A stretch of 50,002 bases of DNA, taken from Gammaproteobacteria bacterium. GTDB lineage: Bacteria > Pseudomonadota > Gammaproteobacteria > Ga0077554 > Ga007554. A model generated the notes under the pieces. That model did no database searches. It had not been told where the DNA came from and saw nothing but the letters and a program-made list of their open reading frames with translations. The stretch lies in contig JAGVME010000012.1 of assembly GCA_020053945.1 (NCBI GenBank), positions 1 through 50,002 of the forward strand. Reading direction: 5' to 3'. Positions 47,714 to 50,002 of the stretch are shown in pieces; position 1 is the first letter of the stretch; every line of letters begins with the position of its first letter. Both the position numbers and the translations under genes were made by a program.

Positions 47714-48601
47714 ATGGCCATTGCCACCGCCTCTCCCATCACCGCAACAGACCGTTTGGGCCTGACGCTGTTTTTTGCGGTTGTGGTGCATGCCTTGATC
47801 ATTCTTGGCATTACCTTTATCGCGCCCGATGAAAAACCGGCGGACGATCAACCCACCCTCGAAATTATTTTGGCCACCCAACCCGCCACCCAAAAAATCA
47901 CTAATCCCGATTTTCTGGCGCAAGCGCATCAGGAAGGTGGCGGCACCCGGGAAACCCGCCACCGGCCCACTGCACCGCCGGCGGCCTCAACAACCCCCAG
48001 CCCGCTGGCGGGGGAGAGCCCGGCCAACACATCCACCGGCGTCACCAAACCAGCCGCCGCCCCGGCGCCCACGCAAATAACCACCACGCGTAATAATCCA
48101 CAGCAACAAGCCACGCCCGAGATCGCGCCCTCGTCAATGCCCACAGAAACGCCGTCCGCCGCTGACATGATGATGCGCAGCCGCGAAATTGCCAAACTCA
48201 GCGCTGAATTGAGCGCATCAATGCAGGCGTATGCGCGTCGGCCAAAACACCGTTACATCGCGGCACGCACAGCGGAATTCCGCGATGCGGCTTATATGGC
48301 CGCCTGGCAGGCCAAGATCGAAATGATCGGTAATCTCAACTATCCCGAAGAAGCGCGCCGCCGCAACATATCCGGTAATTTACGCCTGGATGTGGCGATT
48401 AATCCCGATGGCAGCGTCAACAACATTAGCGTACTCCGCTCTTCCGGGCACAAGTTACTGGACGATGCCGCGATACGCATCGTGCGCCTGGCCGCCCCTT
48501 TTGGCAAAATGCCCCCGGAAATGAGCAAGGAAACTGACGTTTTGCATATTATCCGCACCTGGCAATTTCTTGATAAAAATGGGCTGGTGACGGGTCAGTA
48601 A
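47714..48601 (+). CDS. tonB: TonB-family energy transducer
   Basis: 295 aa with an N-terminal TM segment (LTLFFAVVVHALIILGITFI), a Pro/Ala/Thr-rich spacer and a C-terminal TonB domain (YPEEARRRNISGNLRLDVAINPDGSV..ISVLRSSGHKLLDDAAIRIV). Confidence 0.85.
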   Translation: MAIATASPITATDRLGLTLFFAVVVHALIILGITFIAPDEKPADDQPTLEIILATQPATQKITNPDFLAQAHQEGGGTRETRHRPTAPPAASTTPSPLAGESPANTSTGVTKPAAAPAPTQITTTRNNPQQQATPEIAPSSMPTETPSAADMMMRSREIAKLSAELSASMQAYARRPKHRYIAARTAEFRDAAYMAAWQAKIEMIGNLNYPEEARRRNISGNLRLDVAINPDGSVNNISVLRSSGHKLLDDAAIRIVRLAAPFGKMPPEMSKETDVLHIIRTWQFLDKNGLVTGQ

Positions 48602-48735
48602 TGCTTATCAATAAAAAGATGAATCACCACTGAACCCCCAAATTCATCAAAAATATTTCCGCCGCCTATAGCTACCTGCCCGGACATTCCCTATAATCTG
48701 GTCATAAATTAACCTTAGCTTCCCAAGGCCACCCC

Positions 48736-50002
48736 ATGCCTACCATCAATCCCCGCCACGCCCTCTCAGCACAGATTCAGGGCCTATTAGCGCGCTTTGC
48801 CAGCGACACGCGGCTTTATGAACTCACCCTTAAAGACGCGCCAGATAATGTTGATCTCGCCCTGGGTTCGGGGGGGTTACTCGTGGAAGCCTTTGCGGCG
48901 GTGGAAACGCTCCACAGCGTAGGCGCGCGTGATGTGATCGTGCTGTCAACCCATGCGCATATTGACCTGGACTGTTTGCTGGGCAGGGTGGCGAGCCTTC
49001 ACGTCAGTTTGAGCGACGGCCGCCGCACCACTTTCACCGGCTTAATCAACCAGACCGCCCAGATCGGCAGCGACGGCGGCCTGGCGCGTTACCGGGTGCG
49101 CCTGGTGCCGTGGCTGTGGTGCCTGACGCAATCCTTCACCAGCCGCCGCTGGCAAGACAAAACCGTGATCGAGATCATTGAAGCGGTGTTTGCCGGGGTG
49201 GCGCCCTATGCCGAGTGGCGCATCAGCGACGAGGTGATGCCCTTCCTAGCGGAGGTGGCGCCGCGCAGCGCCTGCGCCCAATACCGCGAAAGCGATTTTG
49301 ATTTCGTTACGCGCCTGCTCACCGAAGAAGGCTTAAGCTGGCGTTATGAAGACGCCCCTGACGCCCCCAGCGGCCACCGCGTGGTGGTGTTTGCGGATTC
49401 CACGCTGTTTCCCGAAGATGCCAGCAGCGCCCATACGCTGGGCGGCCATGGCATCCGCTTTCATAGCGCCCGCGCCGGGGAAGCCCAGGACAGCATCCAG
49501 GCCTTCACCGCCCAACGGCGCTTGAATGCGGCGCTCACCACCGTCACCAGCACCGATTACAAACGCAAACACACCCTGACCCACCCGCAGGCCATCCAGG
49601 CGCCCACCGTGCATGACTACGGCGGCGTCCACGCGCCGGTGCTGGAAAGCTACGACAGCCCCGGCGCCTATGCCTGGGCCCATGTGGATGCCGCCTATCA
49701 TTATGCCAGCCTGCAGCAGCAAGCCCAGGAAGCGCACAATAAAACCTGGCGCGGACACAGCACGGTACGCACCTTGCGGCCGGGCACGCAGTTCACGCTG
49801 ACCCAGGCTCCCCTTGATTACACAGGGCAACAACCCGGAGAGACTCACCCCGCCTATGCGGTCATCAGCGTCACCAGCCTGGGCATCAACAACCTGCCGC
49901 GCCCGGCGCAGGAGGGGTTGGCCGAACTGTTGGGCGCGCTGCCCGAATTGCTCGAAGACTGTGGTCGGTCCCTGGCGCTTGATGCGTCTGCAGGCCGGGT
50001 GC
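48736..50002 (+). CDS. vgrG: Type VI secretion spike protein VgrG (5' part, continues beyond the window)
   Basis: This ORF is absent from the track because it has no stop within the window. My own translation reads MPTINPRHALSAQIQGLLARFASDTRLYELTL...LHVSLSDGRRTTFTGLINQ...YRVRLVPWLWCLTQSFTSRRWQDKTVIEIIEAVF...YRESDFDFVTRLLTEEGLSWRYE... This is the typical gp27-like VgrG N-terminus. Confidence 0.88.
   Translation, partial: MPTINPRHALSAQIQGLLARFASDTRLYELTLKDAPDNVDLALGSGGLLVEAFAAVETLHSVGARDVIVLSTHAHIDLDCLLGRVASLHVSLSDGRRTTFTGLINQTAQIGSDGGLARYRVRLVPWLWCLTQSFTSRRWQDKTVIEIIEAVFAGVAPYAEWRISDEVMPFLAEVAPRSACAQYRESDFDFVTRLLTEEGLSWRYEDAPDAPSGHRVVVFADSTLFPEDASSAHTLGGHGIRFHSARAGEAQDSIQAFTAQRRLNAALTTVTSTDYKRKHTLTHPQAIQAPTVHDYGGVHAPVLESYDSPGAYAWAHVDAAYHYASLQQQAQEAHNKTWRGHSTVRTLRPGTQFTLTQAPLDYTGQQPGETHPAYAVISVTSLGINNLPRPAQEGLAELLGALPELLEDCGRSLALDASAGRV

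Noticed and set aside
48669-48697. sigma70 promoter for vgrG (TAGCTA-N17-TATAAT)
   Set aside because: The -10 element is perfect but the -35 element matches only 3 of 6. This is too weak to report as a feature without transcript data.
49333-49848. 171-aa minus-strand ORF
   Set aside because: It is antisense to the clearly recognisable vgrG reading frame. Its Gly/Ala/Arg-rich low-complexity translation is typical of a GC-rich antisense frame.

Overview
This is a 50-kb chromosomal segment from a flagellated Gram-negative proteobacterium. The gene order (dprA-smg-topA, a T2SS block, minCDE, a che/flg cluster) looks beta- or gamma-proteobacterial. The species cannot be named from the sequence alone. 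About 55 genes are supported, and most are housekeeping: dprA, smg, topA, pyrD, hemH, thioredoxin, htpG, pgm, gspF-N, minCDE, rlmI, an Atm1-type ABC exporter, cheR/cheV, flgA/M/N, ycgR, tRNA-Ala(CGC), apbE with NusG-II and a Gx transporter, and tonB. Five parts are worth a second look. (1) At 11.3-24.3 kb there is a tightly coupled nitrogen-scavenging locus. It holds a GntR regulator, a sigma54-like promoter with a perfect palindrome, a Tsx-like porin, a NitT/TauT-type ABC importer and a BMP-type ABC importer. Two BiuH/TrtA-like cysteine hydrolases are interleaved with the BMP importer genes, followed by a cupin and an allophanate hydrolase. This gene set fits triuret/biuret-type catabolism. 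(2) A GC-rich repeat family sits in frame inside pgm, gspL and minC, and forms a tandem array at the gspG/gspH junction. This resembles Rickettsia palindromic elements. (3) At 34.05-36.98 kb a low-GC islet encodes a wHTH-GHKL ATPase-STAS(DUF4325) single-chain protein. Iterated TTGTCAAC sites lie upstream of it, next to a PadR-DUF4188-CPBP protease operon that has a perfect palindromic operator. (4) There are two MITE-like inverted-repeat elements, plus a repeat mosaic at 24.3-24.75 kb exactly where gspF lacks its usual upstream gspC/D/E partners. (5) At the left edge a possible IS transposase start sits next to an N-terminally short dprA. At the right edge there is an orphan vgrG. No CRISPR array, rRNA gene or prophage was seen. 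All calls come from reading the sequence and the ORF translations by eye. No database search was run.
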